DNA of 38,473 bases from Thermodesulfovibrionales bacterium (GTDB lineage Bacteria; Nitrospirota; Thermodesulfovibrionia; Thermodesulfovibrionales; CALJEL01): the NCBI GenBank assembly GCA_046292975.1, contig JBKBPW010000003.1, positions 1 to 38,473 of the forward strand, in the 5' to 3' direction. The position numbers and the translations under genes are program-made. Of this stretch, positions 37,838 to 38,473 are shown in pieces. Under the pieces are notes generated by a model. That model made no database searches. It was not told where the DNA came from and saw nothing but the letters and a program-made list of their open reading frames with translations. Numbering within the stretch: position 1 is the first letter of the stretch; each line of letters begins with the position of its first letter.

Positions 37838-38473
37838 TTACCACTTAAATGCTGCTGTGGTCCTAAATGTCTCCCTTGCTATTAAGAAGTCATCAATGTG
37901 CTGATGGGTGAATGGCAGTCCGGTAACCTTGAAGAACTTCTCCCATCCAATCCTCTCTATCCACTCACCAACACGCTCATGTTTCATCGCACCCTTTTCA
38001 TAGGCACTAAGGATTTTTCTAACTGCATCTACAACCTCTGGCCATCTTGGTGGATTATTCTTTATAAAGGGAACGACAAGCTTTGAAAATTTCGGAGGAG
38101 TCCTCAGATTCCCGACCTTTCCTCCAGCCACTATGGCAACGCCATCATACTCAGGGTCGTGTATCACCATCGGAGGGCAGACTGTAAAACAATTACCACA
38201 GTACATACATTTATCTTCCTTGATCTTAACACTCTTCTTTGCAGGATCAGGGCTTATTGCGCCTGTAGGACAGGCAGCGATGGTAGATGGAATCTCACAC
38301 ATATTTGGAACTTTCTCATGGTCAATATGAGGAACCTTTCTATGAACTGCCACAATTGCTATGTCAGAGCAATGGACTGCACCACACATATTCGTGCAGC
38401 AGGCAACAGCAAGCCTAACCCTGTTAGGAAGCTCCTTCTTTGTAAAGTAATCTGCAAATTCATCCATTAAGAC
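37838..38473 (-). CDS. dsrB: Dissimilatory sulfite reductase beta subunit, C-terminal part (gene starts beyond the window)
   Basis: ACCTNMCGAVHCSDIA, CEIP..IAACPTGAI, CMYCGNC.TVCP, PPRWPE, ERVGEWIERIGWE.FF..TGLPFT..HIDD. Confidence 0.97.
   Translation of the reverse strand, partial: VLMDEFADYFTKKELPNRVRLAVACCTNMCGAVHCSDIAIVAVHRKVPHIDHEKVPNMCEIPSTIAACPTGAISPDPAKKSVKIKEDKCMYCGNCFTVCPPMVIHDPEYDGVAIVAGGKVGNLRTPPKFSKLVVPFIKNNPPRWPEVVDAVRKILSAYEKGAMKHERVGEWIERIGWEKFFKVTGLPFTHQHIDDFLIARETFRTTAAFKW

Overview
Bacterial chromosome window of moderate-to-low GC, most likely from a sulfate/sulfite-reducing Nitrospirota (Thermodesulfovibrionia-like). This is an inference from dsrB-dsrD, the short PheT and the gene order. 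The left end carries the 3' part of rpoN, hpf, dapB and yacG, separated by intergenic tracts packed with REP-like palindromes and 7-8-nt tandem repeats. Region 2415-16282 (minus strand) is a ~14-kb, ten-gene cell-envelope cluster and the best candidate for an undescribed system. Its order is CHASE2 adenylate cyclase, SH3 protein, M48 peptidase, FadL/PorV-like barrel, lipoprotein, TraF/PorV-like barrel, Gly-tethered lipoprotein, exported CPHC thioredoxin, M6 protease with a CFI-box C-terminal domain, and a secreted protein whose C-terminal FN3 domain is split by a membrane hairpin carrying an internal lipobox. The rest is mostly housekeeping: an RNase Z-like hydrolase; gmhA-ruvCAB-queH-DUF2905-spoIID-queA-SPOR-phoH-HDIG-ybeY-dgkA/PAP2; DUF3047 and copZ; tRNA-Gln-prs-rplY-pth-thrS-infC-(inserted coiled-coil repeat gene)-rpmI-rplT-pheS-pheT; and dsrD plus the 3' part of dsrB. 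No CRISPR array, rRNA, transposase or integrase was seen. All family assignments come from recognising motifs by eye, not from database searches.
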